Shown here: positions 52,409 through 64,000 of the stretch, piece by piece
Layout: every line of letters begins with the position of its first letter
How positions within the stretch are numbered: position 1 is the stretch's first letter
DNA from: Squalus acanthias
Taxonomy: Eukaryota
Length of the DNA: 64,000 nt
Direction: 5' to 3'
NCBI GenBank assembly: GCA_030390025.1
Contig: CM059432.1
Coordinates: 131,256,001 to 131,320,000 of the forward strand
Program-made: the position numbers and the translations under genes
Notes under the pieces: model-generated
Told to the model about the DNA's origin: nothing
Database searches by the model: none
What the model saw: the letters and a program-made list of their open reading frames with translations, nothing else

Positions 52409-53783
52409 TAGAATCACAGAAATTTACGATATAGAAGGAGGCCATTCGGCCCATTGTGTCTGTGCCGGCCGAAAAAGCTATCCAGCCTAATCCCACTTTC
52501 CAGCTCTTGGTCCATAGCCCTGTAGGTTACGGAATTTCAAGTGCATAGCCAAGTACTTCTTAAACGTGATGAGGGTTTCTGCCTCTACCACCCTTTAAGG
52601 CAGTGAGTTTCAGACCCCCACCACCCTCTGGGTGAAAAAAATTCTCCTCAACTCCCCTCTAATCCTTCTACCAATTACTTTAAATCTATGCCCCCTGGTT
52701 ATTGACCTCTCTGCTAAGGGAAATAGGTCCTTCCTATCCATTCTATCTAGGCAACTCATAATTTTATACACTTCAATTAAGTCTCCCCTCAGCCTCCTCT
52801 GTTCTAAAGAAAACAACCCCAGCCTATCCAGTCCTTCCTCATAGCTAAAATTCTCCAGTCCTGGCAACATCCTCGTAAATCTCTGTATCCTCTCTAGTGC
52901 AATTATATCTTTCCTGTAACGTGGTGACCAGATCTGTATGCAGTACTCTAGCTGTGGCCTAACTAGTGTATCATACAGTTCAAGCATAACCTCCCTGCTC
53001 TTATATTCTATGCCTTGGCTAATAAAGGAAAGTATCCCGTATGCTTTCTTAACCACCTTATCTACCTGTCTTGCTACCTTCAGGGATCTGTGGACATGCA
53101 CTCCAAAATCCCTCTGTTCCTCTACACTTCTCAGTATCCTACCATTTATTGTGTATTCCCTTGCTTTGTTAGCCCTCCCCAAATGCATTACCTCACACTT
53201 CTCCAGATTGAATTCCATTTGCCACTTTTCTGCCCACCTGACCAGTCCATTAATATCTTCCGGCAGACTACAGCTATCTTCCTCACTAATCTTAATCATG
53301 CCCCCTACATTGAAGTCTAAATCATTGATATATACCACAAAAAGCAAGGGACCCAATACCGAGCCCTGCGGAACCTCACTGGAAACAGCCTTCCAGTCAC
53401 AAAACAACCAGTCGACCATTACCCTTTGCTTCCTGCCACTGAGCCAATTTTGGATCCAACTTGCCACTTTCCCTTAGATCCCATGGGCTTTTATATTTCT
53501 GACCAGTCTGCCATGTGGGACCTTGTCAAAAGTCTTGCAAAAATCCATGTAGACTACATCAAACATGCTACCCTCATCGACCCTCCTTGTTATCTCCTCA
53601 AAAAATTCAATGAAGTTAGTCAGACACGACCTTCCCTTAACAAATCCATGCGGACTGTCCTTGATTAATCTGTGCCTTTCTAAATGACGATTGATACTGT
53701 CCCTCAGAATTTTTTCTCATAATTTGCCCACCACCGAGGTTAGGCTGACTGGCCTTGAATTACTCAGTCTATCCCTTTCTCCC
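52409..53783 (-). mobile_element. CR1 LINE 3' 1.4 kb
   Basis: ORF 52610-53467 with PQGSVLGP and RPQLEYC (FADD region deleted); same subfamily as 9220-10221. Confidence 0.95.
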
Positions 53784-54268
53784 TTTTGTTGCAGAAGTAA
53801 ACTCTGCAGAATTTTTAATTTTACAGGAAAGATGAAGAACTTTAACAAAAAAAGTAGAGATGAGTATAATGAGATACTCTCCACTTTATACTCATATTCT
53901 ACTAAAATTAATAAAGATTAAAAATATCCCTTTATTTCTTCTGTATTTGTATCAACAATGAGGCTGTATTACAGCTTAGAGCTATTTTTAGTTGAATTTG
54001 GCAAGCAACCTGTATGCTGGATATGAGTGAAACAAAATGGCTAATGGGATCTTAGCTCGGTTGTTGGGTAAATTTGTTCCTGTGGACACTGATCAGCATT
54101 ATTTGTGCACAAGTCTGTCTCGAGAGCAGAAGGACGAGTAGGAAAGCACCCAAGAGTAGAAAGGCAAAAAAATTAGAAGAGCCACAAAGACGGAGACAGA
54201 GCAGAATAGAATCAAGCAATAGACACGATTGAAAATAAACAAGTATTCTGTGCTGCAGGCTAGATATT

Positions 54269-55022
54269 GGGCCAGAAATTCGGCTCTCCGGCTTCCTGCG
54301 GGTGTAAGCATCGCGCGCGTACTTACCTACCGCGCCTGCCGTCGTGCTTCGGGCCCACGAGGAATTCGGGTCCTGGGCCTCCTGCAGCTGCTGGCGTGCA
54401 GTGCTTGCGTATCCCAGGGGCGCAGTTAGTTCGAAGCGTCCCCTGGGATCACGTGGGCCATAGAGAGCCAATCCTAACAGGGAATTTTCATTCATAGATT
54501 TGACAGGAAGACCTGTCAAATCTATGAATAGAGATCGACCCCAAAACCTCACTAAAACTTCAAATAAATTTTTAAAAAACCATCACATTTTTAAAATAAC
54601 TATAAATTACATAAATTAACTACTTTAAACAAAAATTTAAAATTTTGAAAAAATTAATTAAACTTTTTAACGGTGCTAAAAATAAACTTACCTTTCTTTA
54701 AAGTATGTAAAAAAGATAAACCTGTTGAAAAAATGTTTAAATTGTAATTAATTAACCACTTACCTTGTTAAAAACAGGCCTTGCGCCTCCTTTTTAAATG
54801 TGCAGCTTCTCCATACTTACCCTCACGGAGAAACCTGAAAAAAAAAACAAAGTTCGCTGCGTGCGTGCTGCCTCTCCCGCGCACGCGCTCGACTTCTGAA
54901 CCCCTTCCTTCAGGGGAACGGAAGTTCTGGTTTCCCGCGCATGCACAGTGCATGCGTGAAACCGGCACTTCAGGTGGCCTTACGGGTGAGTACTCACCTG
55001 ACAAGAGCCGAATTTCTGGCCC
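54269..55022 (-). mobile_element. Harbinger-type MITE family X copy 2
   Basis: Perfect 19-bp TIR GGGCCAGAAATTCGGCTCT; ATT TSD. Confidence 0.9.
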
Positions 55023-55604
55023 ATTATAAACAGAACATTTTATCAAGTTGACTTAAGCACAAATGCAAAAGTATTTTATCTAAAATCTCAATTAAAAGAT
55101 GGTTATGCACCAGTGCAACTTATATACTGGATTTTACAATAGGTACTGCATAAATATATTAAAATTGTAGATATGAGAGGGAATGAGTATTTTTAACATA
55201 TGTATTAAAGCCATTAACATCCATAAATCTGTCACAGTTTTGCAGTAAAGCATAAACTACTTTTAGTGTAAAATCCTTTCCTTTAGAGTCAGGGAGGTCT
55301 GGAGGGCCAATAATAATCTGATATTTTCACCTGGTCCTGCTTCTGTTTACATGATGTAGCACCTTTCATTTGATGGTAATCTTCTGTATGTTTATTGCCC
55401 GCCACTGGAATAGGCTTGTGTGTATTCACATCCTGTAAAACAAGCAGCAATTATGCACTTACTTAAGTGTTACAAAATAAATTATTTGGAAGCAGATGCA
55501 ATGGCAATGGTTGCTCAACAGCTGAGAGACAGGCTCATTTAGCACAGCTTCACTGGAAGTCTTAGCCCATCAAAGATCTGCCTCCTCTCACCACTCTTTC
55601 TATG

Positions 55605-55812
55605 ATGCGGAGATGCCGGTGTTGGACTGGGGTGGACAAAAATGAGAAGTCGCACAACACCAGGTTATAGTCCAACAGTTTTATTTGAAATCACAAGCTT
55701 TCGGAGCTTACGTGGCCCCTTCCTCAGGTGAGGAAGGGGCCACGTAAGCTCCGAAAGCTTGTGATTTCAAATAAAACTGTTGGACTATAACCTGGTGTTG
55801 TGCGACTTCTCA
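55605..55812 (-). mobile_element. Penelope-like element terminal repeat in inverted (palindromic) arrangement
   Basis: Perfect 84-bp arms 55643-55726 and 55729-55812; flanking 13-bp direct repeat cactctttctatg (55592-55604, 55811-55823); aataaa signal within the arms. Confidence 0.8.
55691..55731 (-). ncRNA. Minimal type I hammerhead ribozyme motif
   Basis: - strand reads UCAC-CUGAGGA-A-GGGGC-cacguaa-GCUCC-GAAA-GCUU-GUGA: CUGAnGA and GAAA cores, stems I and II, palindromic AAGCUU in place of stem III. Confidence 0.72.
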
Positions 55813-55899
55813 CTCTTTCTATGGTCTTAAGTAAAATCCTTGCACCTCGCAGCTAGCCACCACATCCTAATCCTAAATCTCACATCAGCACATTACCTC

Positions 55900-57760
55900 T
55901 TCCACATTGTCATACAAGAGAGCCAAACACCAATCAGTCCTTGCATCAAATAATCCATTGATGTATTGCAACTATTTACAAAAAACATCATTTGGTTCGG
56001 TCACCATGCACACTCCTTGTACCACACATGCTTTACTCTGCTCGATTCTAACATTTCCATGTGCCAATTGAGGGCCTGGGCTCTGAAATATAGATAGCTG
56101 CTGCAAAATATTATTGGCCTTCTGGGATGGAAGGAGCCCTTATCTCAGCGTCCCAAATCCTGGGATTGACAAAGATCAGGATGACTCTTTGTCATGGGCT
56201 CCTTGGCAGCTTGGTTCTGCAAAGGTGAAGGCCTCTGCAGGGAGCTAATGAAGTGGCCCTTTGTGCTTCTGCCTTGAGGGGATGCAGCCTCTGAGGCACA
56301 CACACCAGGTTTTCCAGTGGTCCTACGAACAGGATTCTGGTTACCAGTAATCAATGGGAGAATGATCTCACGAATCAGAAGGATTCTTAAATCCCTAAGA
56401 GTCAACCGAATATCCTTTAGTCCCTCTGAGATGCTGCTCTGTATACTTTGCAATCCAGTTGACATTGACTACTCCAGATTGTTCCCCAAGACCTGCAGTC
56501 CTTCATTTAATGCCTCTTCATTGAAATGACTGACATCCCTGGATCCGTCATGAAGGTTTGCAGTGCTTCTGCAGCTGCTATTTTTTCCAGGCTGCTCTGC
56601 AATGAGTTGAAACTCTCTTGAATTTTGGCACACAGCAGGGCAGTGAACTCCACCACTATCCAAGCCATTTGCCATACATCTTGGGAGAAGCCACACAGAA
56701 CCTCCATGTGTCTGATGCTCTGCTGGAATCCTTCTCTTCATGGCAGAACCCCTGATATCATCATCCATCTGATCTGCAGCCAGATGCTGTCAAGTCTTAA
56801 CTTCCACACAGCTACATCAGGTTCCACCTCCACATCTGCATCCGCTGGCTTCTTTGGGCTTTGTGTTTCACCAGGTGTCAATTTTGTACCCTCTCAAGTG
56901 GATGTCATTGGGCTGCTGAGTGCAAGGGAGAGGATCAATGGTGAGTAGGTGAGTGTTGCCAGAGGTAGAGGATACTGCAAGATCTTGCTCTTCAGAAATG
57001 TTCTCTGTTGTCTCTTGGCTTGCAGCCTCTGAAGGGAAAAGTAATACTGTTAACTTTGGTGTGGTTAAGTAGCATTCTATCTTAATCAGCTACCTTGTAG
57101 ATATCTTATGAGGAAAATGGCAGCTGGTGAAGAGTTTGCATAGAAACATTAAATAAGAAAAGGTATACGCTCTCACAAATCCACTGAAAGCTTCTTCCCT
57201 GGTACTCTAAGTATTGGATCCCTCCTTTCTCTAATTTGTGGCACATTTCTATCCCCAACTGCCAGGCCAGAGTTGAAGCCAATTATTGCCTGATGTGTTA
57301 TTAAATGCCAGATGTTGGTAAATCCTCCGCAATAGCCTGGTGTTCTGGTGTGCTGTCTTCTCCTGCAGGAGGAATGCATAGTGTTAAATGGCTGCTACAG
57401 TCTCCAGATCCTACAGCACAGTCAGTGAGTATTTGGAATGAACAGTAGCAAGAGAAGGTATAAGGGAGCAAGGACCTAGGTTGTGAGACATCAATATGCT
57501 AGCATGCATTAGAGGACGTATAACACTTAAGGAGTGCGGTTAAGTGTCTTTGCCTCTGGGACAAGGGACATCGTGCCATGATACCCTAAAAGCAATGCTT
57601 GAATATTATTCCAGAGAATACCCATGTACTTCTCTGTGATTCAGTTATTTGCCCTGTTATTCATCTGAAAACATTCTTACCTTTGCTAACCTAGTGAGGT
57701 CATTAAATTTCTTCCAATTCTGCAAGGGAAATCGTGGGGTTGTGGAGGTCCCACTATTTG
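55900..57760 (-). pseudogene. Decayed Harbinger Myb/SANT gene remnant
   Basis: KKFNDLTRLAK|gtaag at ~57680-57715; MDDDIRGSAMKRR segment resembles the DEDFRGPATRRK segment at ~44440. Confidence 0.6.
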
Positions 57761-58246
57761 AGAGAAATTAGGTTTCCACTCGGTCATGCGTGAATGTAGT
57801 AACTCTGGAATGCGAGCTGTCAGAACTGACCTGTACTTTGATTTCATATCTCAAAGGGTAGAACGAACAGATTTGCACACATAGGTGGAACTGAACATCA
57901 AAATCAGGCAAAGGGCAGTGGTCTTATTGTTTGGATACTTTTCAAAAGGCATAGCCCTCCAAAATGTAGCTCATTAACATTTTTAAAATATATTGCGGCA
58001 TACCCTGGGCCTTGGATTCCATAAATGAAAGACTTCAGCTCAACATCAACATTTAATATATTGTTATATTATTAAAATATATTATTCTATAGCTTCACTT
58101 TGCTCCCCCCCAAAATCCAATAAAACAGCGCTTAACATCCCAAAGTTTCAACATTATTAAGTCTGAAATGCCACAATACAGTATTTTGTCAGCAAGTGAT
58201 AATTATGAAGCTACAATCATCTACCCTGATCAACAGCAAAGTTATT

Positions 58247-58990
58247 GGGCCGAAAATTCATCCCGCGACGCGAGAGTACGCACTGCGTACTCTCGCGTAT
58301 TCCCACTCCAATTGCCGGTTTTCTGCATGCCCTGCGCATGCGCTGAAAACCGGCAATTGCTCTTTTGAAAAGGGGGCGGTTCCTCGATGCATCACGTGCG
58401 CGCTACAGGCTGCGCGCACGCTGTGCACTTCATGCTTTAGACGCGCAGGTAAGTACGGAAGATTTTAGAAATGGAAAAAGGAGGAGTAAGACCCACTTTT
58501 AACAAGGTAAGTAGTGAATTAAGTATTTTTTGGAATTTTTTTTAACAGGTATATCTTTTTTAGAGACTTTAAAGACAGGTAAGTTTATTTTTAGAACTTT
58601 TTAAAAGATTTTAAATTTTTTCAAAAATTTAATTTTTTATTTAAAATGGTTAATTTATTTAACTATACTTATTTTATTAATGTGATGGGTTTTTTTTTTA
58701 ATTTAATTGAGGTTTAGCTGTTATTTTGGGGGGGTGTAAGATTCATAGATTTCACAGCACGTATGTGAAACTTATGAATGGAAGATGGTGTGCTGCCATT
58801 GGCTCTAACTGAGTCACGTGATCCCACAGCTCGCACGAATTCACTACGCCGCTGGGATACGCAAGCACTGCCCGGCTGATGTCTGGAACATCAAGTTCGT
58901 GCGAGCTGGATCTGAAAAAGCCAACGCGGAGTGAGAGATCGCGGGGAAGCCTTACCCCCGCGGGAACAGAGCGAGATCAATTTCTGGGCC
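58247..58990 (+). mobile_element. Harbinger-type MITE family X copy 3 (inverted relative to copies 1 and 2)
   Basis: TIRs GGGCCGAAAATT / AATTTCTGGGCC; ATT TSD. Confidence 0.88.
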
Positions 58991-59406
58991 ATTAGGTTTC
59001 ACTTTCTACTTTGCTTGCTCCTCTTCCCTCAACACCACTGCTCTTTTGGTTCCCAAACCATATTGTCTGCTGCTCACTGCTGTGCAGAATATACTGACCT
59101 TACTCCAGACCTTACTTCCAAAAGCCAGTCCTGCTCCTTTCAAAACTCTGCTCCTATAAAAACAAATGCTGCTTCCCGCTCCGAGTGCAATCACCCAAAT
59201 CAAAATGCTGCAATATCGTCAAACTTATTGAAAGGTCACAGAGTCACATAAAAGGCAAAGTTGCTGCTGCAAAGTGTACCCACTGTAAAATGGGCATGCA
59301 TGATAAGGATTCAAAGGCCTGTAAGTTAGTCTGAGAAGGAGGAAAAACTTTGTGGCATTAATAGTTTGCCAATCTATTTGGTATACGGGCTTGTGAGTAG
59401 TCTTAC

Positions 59407-59650
59407 CTTGGTTGGTTTGCTGAGGTTTCTAAAATTCTTTCATATTTGCAGCCAGGTCTTCTGCATGGTGGAAACAGCATCAACACATTTCCTCCTCTTA
59501 CCTTCCATTTTGTATAACTCGCTTTGCAGTACCAAACAGGGCAACCCTCCTTCTTCTAACAGAACCTTTACTGATGCATCAGCAAACCGGAGTTTCACCA
59601 ATAACGTTGCTGTGTCGTGACAATGATTTGTGACGTAGTCAAATTTTTTT
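59407..59650 (-). CDS. Host gene B exon region, ambiguous: 59650-59502 (KKFDYVTNHCHDTATLLVKLRFADASVKVLLEEGGLPCLVLQSELYKME) or 59555-59407 (KKEGCPVWYCK...ETSANQP)
   Basis: Two acceptors and two AG|GTAAGA donors; each option is open and phase-compatible with one donor of the preceding exon. Confidence 0.5.
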
Positions 59651-60136
59651 CTACCAAAAATGCCTTCCCTTTAAACTGCTGCCGGACAGCTTTAATTCTT
59701 TGTACTTACCCTGCACCCCCATTCCAAATAGTGAGTTTCCAATCACTGGCATATTATATGCTGAGAGCTCTCAGTATCTAATATAACATCTGATCCAGGA
59801 AGATTAGGCATGCAAAACTTTGCTGGGCACAAGGCCCATGAGAATTCGATCCCCTCTCGCCCCACAAAAATCATGGGAAATCTGTGCTGTAGTCGATAAC
59901 ACGAGAGAAATTCTAAATTATATTTTGAATTACTTGACAGATAATCATTCCTTTCATTGAAGAAAGGAGCAGATTAACTTTATACTGCAGGTGAGAAGCT
60001 CTCTGTACACAAGGAGAACTGGCACTGTCCACTTTATTGACAGGTTGTTTGGCAGATAAATCAGATTGACATCCTAGTCAGGAATTTTTTAAATAAACGA
60101 TTACATTGTAAAGCAAACCCATAAGTAATTAAGTAC

Positions 60137-60221
60137 TTTTCTCTGACCTCATCTTCAACACCACTGGCTGCCTTCTTATCCAAGATATCTTCCTTGGGTA
60201 CAGATTTGTCAATATCGGTAT
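60137..60221 (-). CDS. Host gene B exon: (D)TDIDKSVPKEDILDKKAASGVEDE(VRE)
   Basis: Acceptor attcttag in phase 1; donors at 60147 (phase 0) or 60136 (phase 2). Confidence 0.65.
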
Positions 60222-60330
60222 CTAAGAATCAGTAAAAATATGAATGAACTTGGATATTTCATATTTTCCATTCGTATTGGATTTTATTTTTTGCAATGTA
60301 AACTACATTTGGGGGGGGGGGGGGGGGAAG

Positions 60331-61024
60331 GGGGGCTAGGTTAAAATTTCTAAAATCTGAAACTTGACTCCAACCTGGCTCGAACGCACCCACTTCTGGT
60401 TTTAACAGAGACGGGCGACTAATCTGCTTTCGAGAGGCGGCTCAGTTATTTAAATATGTTAATGAGTATGCATGCCTTAAATTTTAACAGCCTTTTAGAT
60501 TTAACAGGCCAGGTTTCCCGAGCCCCTGGGAAACCTGGCAGCTGAAGGGAGATGAGAATGGCTGAATCCAGCAGGTAAGCGCCGCCTTTCCAGCACTGCT
60601 TGTGGGCCAGGAGGAGCAGGAGTGCTCCCCGCCCCCCCGGCTCCTCATACAAACCTGCTTCCCTCCCCACAATTCAAAACCCCCCCTCCACCCGTGATCC
60701 AATCTCCACATCTCTGACCAGCGATCTGAAGCCTACTCGACCAACGATTTCCCCCGACCCGCGATCCGATCCCCCCAACCGGTGATCTCCCCCATGAACC
60801 CCCCCCCCCCTGCCCCCACTGCAATCCCTCCCTCCCTCCCTCATCTCTGCTCCCCGCCAGCCTTCCCACTCGACAGCTGGCCAGCCTCTCAATCTGGCTG
60901 GCTGCCGTCCGGGAAATGGAGAAAAATATTAAAATGAGGTCCTGCCGTTGAATTCAGCGGGATCTCCGTATTTCCAGCTGCTACGAAGCCACCTCCCCCC
61001 CTCCACCTGATAAGTATCGGAGCT
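60331..61024. mobile_element. Probable Harbinger-type non-autonomous element
   Basis: GC-rich, with internal palindromes (gccaggtttccc...gggaaacctggc) and CAG|GTAAGC; TIRs degraded. Confidence 0.5.
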
Positions 61025-61414
61025 TCTGTCTTATCCTGTAAAAAGTTCACAATTTCAGCACAACTCTGATCACCTGCAATAAAAGCTCTTCTATCAAACA
61101 CCAATTATAATTATAATTTTTTCATAATAAAATACAAAATAATGTTTTGAATATTTGCATCAATGCTCTCTGCTTCAACCACTCCATGTGGCACATTCTC
61201 AACACTCTGTGTAAAGAAATTCCTCCTGAATTCTTTAATTGGCCTGTTAGTGGCTATCTTATATTTACGCCCCCATGTTCGGGACTCACCCACGACACTT
61301 TCTCTACGTCCACTCTCTCAAACCCCTTTGTAATCTTAAAGAACTCTGCATATATAAATCTCTGATGGAACTGCATTATGCTAATTTTCAAAAAGTCCAT
61401 CAATCTGTTCTTAC

Positions 61415-61478
61415 CACAATAACTGGCATTGCAATCTGTATCCTCCTTTTCGTCATCATTGTTATTGTCCACATCATC
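61415..61478 (-). CDS. Host gene B exon (64 nt, phase 0/1): DDVDNNNDDEKEDTDCNASYC
   Basis: Acceptor ctttgaattcag, donor TG|GTAAGA; phases match both neighbours. Confidence 0.7.
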
Positions 61479-62290
61479 CTGAATTCAAAGTTGAACAGAA
61501 CGAGATTAGTGTTGTGCCAACCCAAAAAGGTAATCAAGCAAAACTTCAGAGTATCTATTGAATTTCATTGCAGTCAATCCCAGAAATAACTTGTCACACA
61601 GTTAAAACTAACGAGACTGATTTTCATTTCCAAAAGCGGACACAAACGGGGTGTCACAGAGCAGTAAATTTAGTGGATGTCGGTTTTACCTGATCTCAGT
61701 CTATTATTCACCCTGTGTGATTTCAGTCGGTGTTGAAGATGTGCATCTGAAGCTCCAGACCAAAACAGGCAGGAGCTTCATTAACATATTGAATGTGGGA
61801 TGGAGATGTCCTGTATCCAAATTTCCCAGCATGTGGATGTGCAGGGAGTCAACTGCAAACCATACCCAGGAAACTAGGTAAAAAGGGTTGCTAGGAACTG
61901 ACAGATCAGGTAAAAGTTAATTTAAAAGGACACAGAATGGAACAGTAAGCATTGTTTTGGCCATGTTTGACCATTTTTCAATTTGTTTTATTCCAGCTAT
62001 CAGATAAGCTCTCAGTTACACTTAATTTTCCTCTCACACCCACTGGTGTGCTCCCTAGAGCTGTCCAAGTCCGCACCTGGTGCTGTGAATAATTATTCAA
62101 ATGAGCATATCCTGGAGAATTGAGTGTCATTAGCACTGAACTTTCTGGCAGGATTTGCACCAGTTCTAAAGCATTTATAACTGACTTACATCTCTGGACA
62201 AAAACCTACCCAATTACCTTACAAAAAAGAAGGAAGAATGTTTCAAAAAGTTCAATGATGTCAAGAATGCTGCATGTTGGAAGAAAATAT

Positions 62291-63037
62291 TGGGTCAGAT
62301 CTTGCTGGAGCGGGGAATCTCACTGTGTGCCCCGTTAGTTAAACTTTTCTCCTCACCCTTCAGCTGAAATTTTTTTTACGCTGTAGCTTGCTGGACGTGC
62401 GAGCTGATAATGGCGTGGCGATGGCAATGGGGGCTTCTGGGACCTGAGTGAACAACGGGACCAATAGTCTATCTCCTTAACCAATGAGATTTAAGGATTG
62501 AGAAAGAAACAGAGGAAAGACTGAGAAGGGGTGCGAATTAGAGTCAAATTAGGTGCAGAAAGAGAAATAAAGAGAGGGACGAAAGATTGGAATGAGAGAG
62601 AAAGAAAATGAGACAGAAAGGAAAAGTAAGAAAAGAATTTAAAAATATAAAATTTGACAATTAATTAAAATCTCCAAGAACAATTGACAACCTGAATGAA
62701 TGAAACTCCACAGTTTAAATTGTTCAATTTCTGGGCCAGAGAGGCAGTCATTAACAATGATCACGTCATTAAAAAGGTACATATGCTGTTAATTACCACA
62801 CTTAACTTTCTGCAGTGAGATTAATGGACAATTAATGTGCAAATCCAGCAAGTTCTTAAAATTAATGGGGAGGCTAAGGGTGAGATGCCATTTGTGTGAA
62901 GCGTAACTCGACCAGCAAGCTCTGGACATTCGCAACTCATGCATATCACTTAATCCCCTGAAATTGCTGGTCGATTTGCATGTTAATAATGGCGTGCATT
63001 GTTAACACGCTGTTATTTTTCGAACAAGATCCAGCCC
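62291..63037. mobile_element. Harbinger MITE distantly related to family Z (inverted)
   Basis: Ends GGGTCAGATCTTG / CAAGATCCAGCCC; internal tttctgggccagagagg is the reverse complement of the family Z motif. Confidence 0.65.
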
Positions 63038-63550
63038 AGTGTTTAACCATCAGCCTCGCAAAGGGACCAGTCCCCTGATAGTCACAAAGGGTGAAAGAGT
63101 TTTTTGCCTTTGACTCTGTAAAAGAAGGTGGTGACTATGAGACAGTGAAAGTAGCTTTGATTCTGATAATGTGAAGGAAATGGATAGAGCAGATAGGGGA
63201 TCACTCATCCACATTAACAGAAGTCTAGAATAAGTCTAGCCATTAAGGTCGGCAGGGCGCCCATGTCCCTGACCTTAACAGGTTCGTCGCATGTCCAGCA
63301 AGCTACAGCGTAAAAAAATTCCCCGCCACCGTAAAAATCGAGGCCGTATTATCTGTTATATTCTGTATTTTCTACAAGAGCACAGCGTTGATCTTAAAAC
63401 ACAAGTCATTCTTTTCTGAGCTACTGTACATCATGTCAACAGATGAAGTAATAATGTCACAAAAATAAAACACGTGCTTCAGAAAATATCAGCTTTTATG
63501 TTTTTGGTACCCAAAAAGTTATCTTTGTACCAAGCCATGAAGTAGAGTAC

Positions 63551-63753
63551 CTGTGATATCTCGGAAGCTGTGCCAATAGTTTCAGTTTCTAAGTATAGTT
63601 CATCTTTCTTGTTGCAAATTGAATAAATATCTGGCTGAGAAGTGCTGCCAAAATGATACCGGCTGCAGATACCTTCCGCGGGTTCTAGATTATCCACTTC
63701 TTGACTCTGTTTCTGCTTCTGTTTGTTGCACATTTTCAAGTGTTGGATCGTAC
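63551..63753 (-). CDS. Host gene B exon (203 nt, phase 1/0): TIQHLKMCNKQKQKQSQEVDNLEPAEGICSRYHFGSTSQPDIYSICNKKDELYLETETIGTASEISQ
   Basis: Acceptor atatttttgcag, donor CAG|GTACTC, open frame joining 61478; the gene continues beyond the window. Confidence 0.65.
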
Positions 63754-64000
63754 CTGCAAAAATATCAAATATGATGATTTCATAAAGTGCATTTAGCAGA
63801 AAGCAATGCTCGTGTGCATTTGTTGTAAAAATATTACTAACCACCTGGGCAGGGAGAGGGAGGGCTCGAACTGGCGCATGTGAGCAGAAACTATCTGAAA
63901 GCTGGTGCAACATCTGTGCGTGAGAGTTATTGGGAGCCAAGGCCTGGATTGGACTACAGGAATAAAAGTTTTGGTCTGCACATGTTTGTCAACTTTATTA

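Noticed and set aside
52938..53477. 179-aa + strand ORF (also 9197-9619, 9780-10058, 16894-17193)
   Set aside because: Antisense shadow frames of CR1 ORF2.
55643..55812. Pre-miRNA, or CRISPR-like repeat
   Set aside because: A perfect 84-bp stem with flanking duplication and hammerhead cores fits a Penelope insertion; there is no repeat-spacer periodicity anywhere in the window.
59116..59331. Further - strand exon of gene B after ttctcag/ttacag acceptors
   Set aside because: Stops occur in all frames before the strong donor, and it abuts a MITE; support is insufficient.
60310..60327. Poly-G runs as functional G-quadruplexes (also ~15760, 25104, 47680, 49410)
   Set aside because: Simple homopolymer expansions, often inside repeats, with no other evidence.

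Overview
Vertebrate genomic DNA, almost certainly from a cartilaginous fish (shark-type CR1/HER1 LINE tails, a Deu-domain SINE, Penelope terminal repeats). The window is dominated by transposons. PIF/Harbinger sequence makes up about 25-28 kb by my boundaries: one full-length but inactivated element (3365-8418; HARBI1-like transposase plus a convergent 3-exon Myb/SANT gene), several deletion derivatives and at least 10 TIR/TSD-bounded MITEs. CR1 and CR1/L2-type LINE fragments fill much of the rest. Two convergent spliced host genes can be read by hand. The + strand gene has six phase-compatible exons (9133-29651) and encodes a ~230-aa helical/coiled-coil peptide that resembles, from memory, the post-S6 tail of invertebrate TRPV-like (TRPVL) channels. 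The - strand gene (exons from 63753 down to ~50700 or ~43250) encodes an unknown acidic protein whose 3' splicing is ambiguous. Main points of interest: (1) a Harbinger MITE family carrying promoter motifs, clustered splice donors and a hairpin with compensatory changes; (2) a perfect 170-bp Penelope palindrome containing a minimal hammerhead ribozyme; (3) a shared palindromic Harbinger target site, hit twice at the same CR1 position; (4) a LINE inserted at an exon donor; (5) inverted MITEs flanking a single exon. No CRISPR array, rRNA or tRNA gene was seen. All calls are by eye; no database searches were run.
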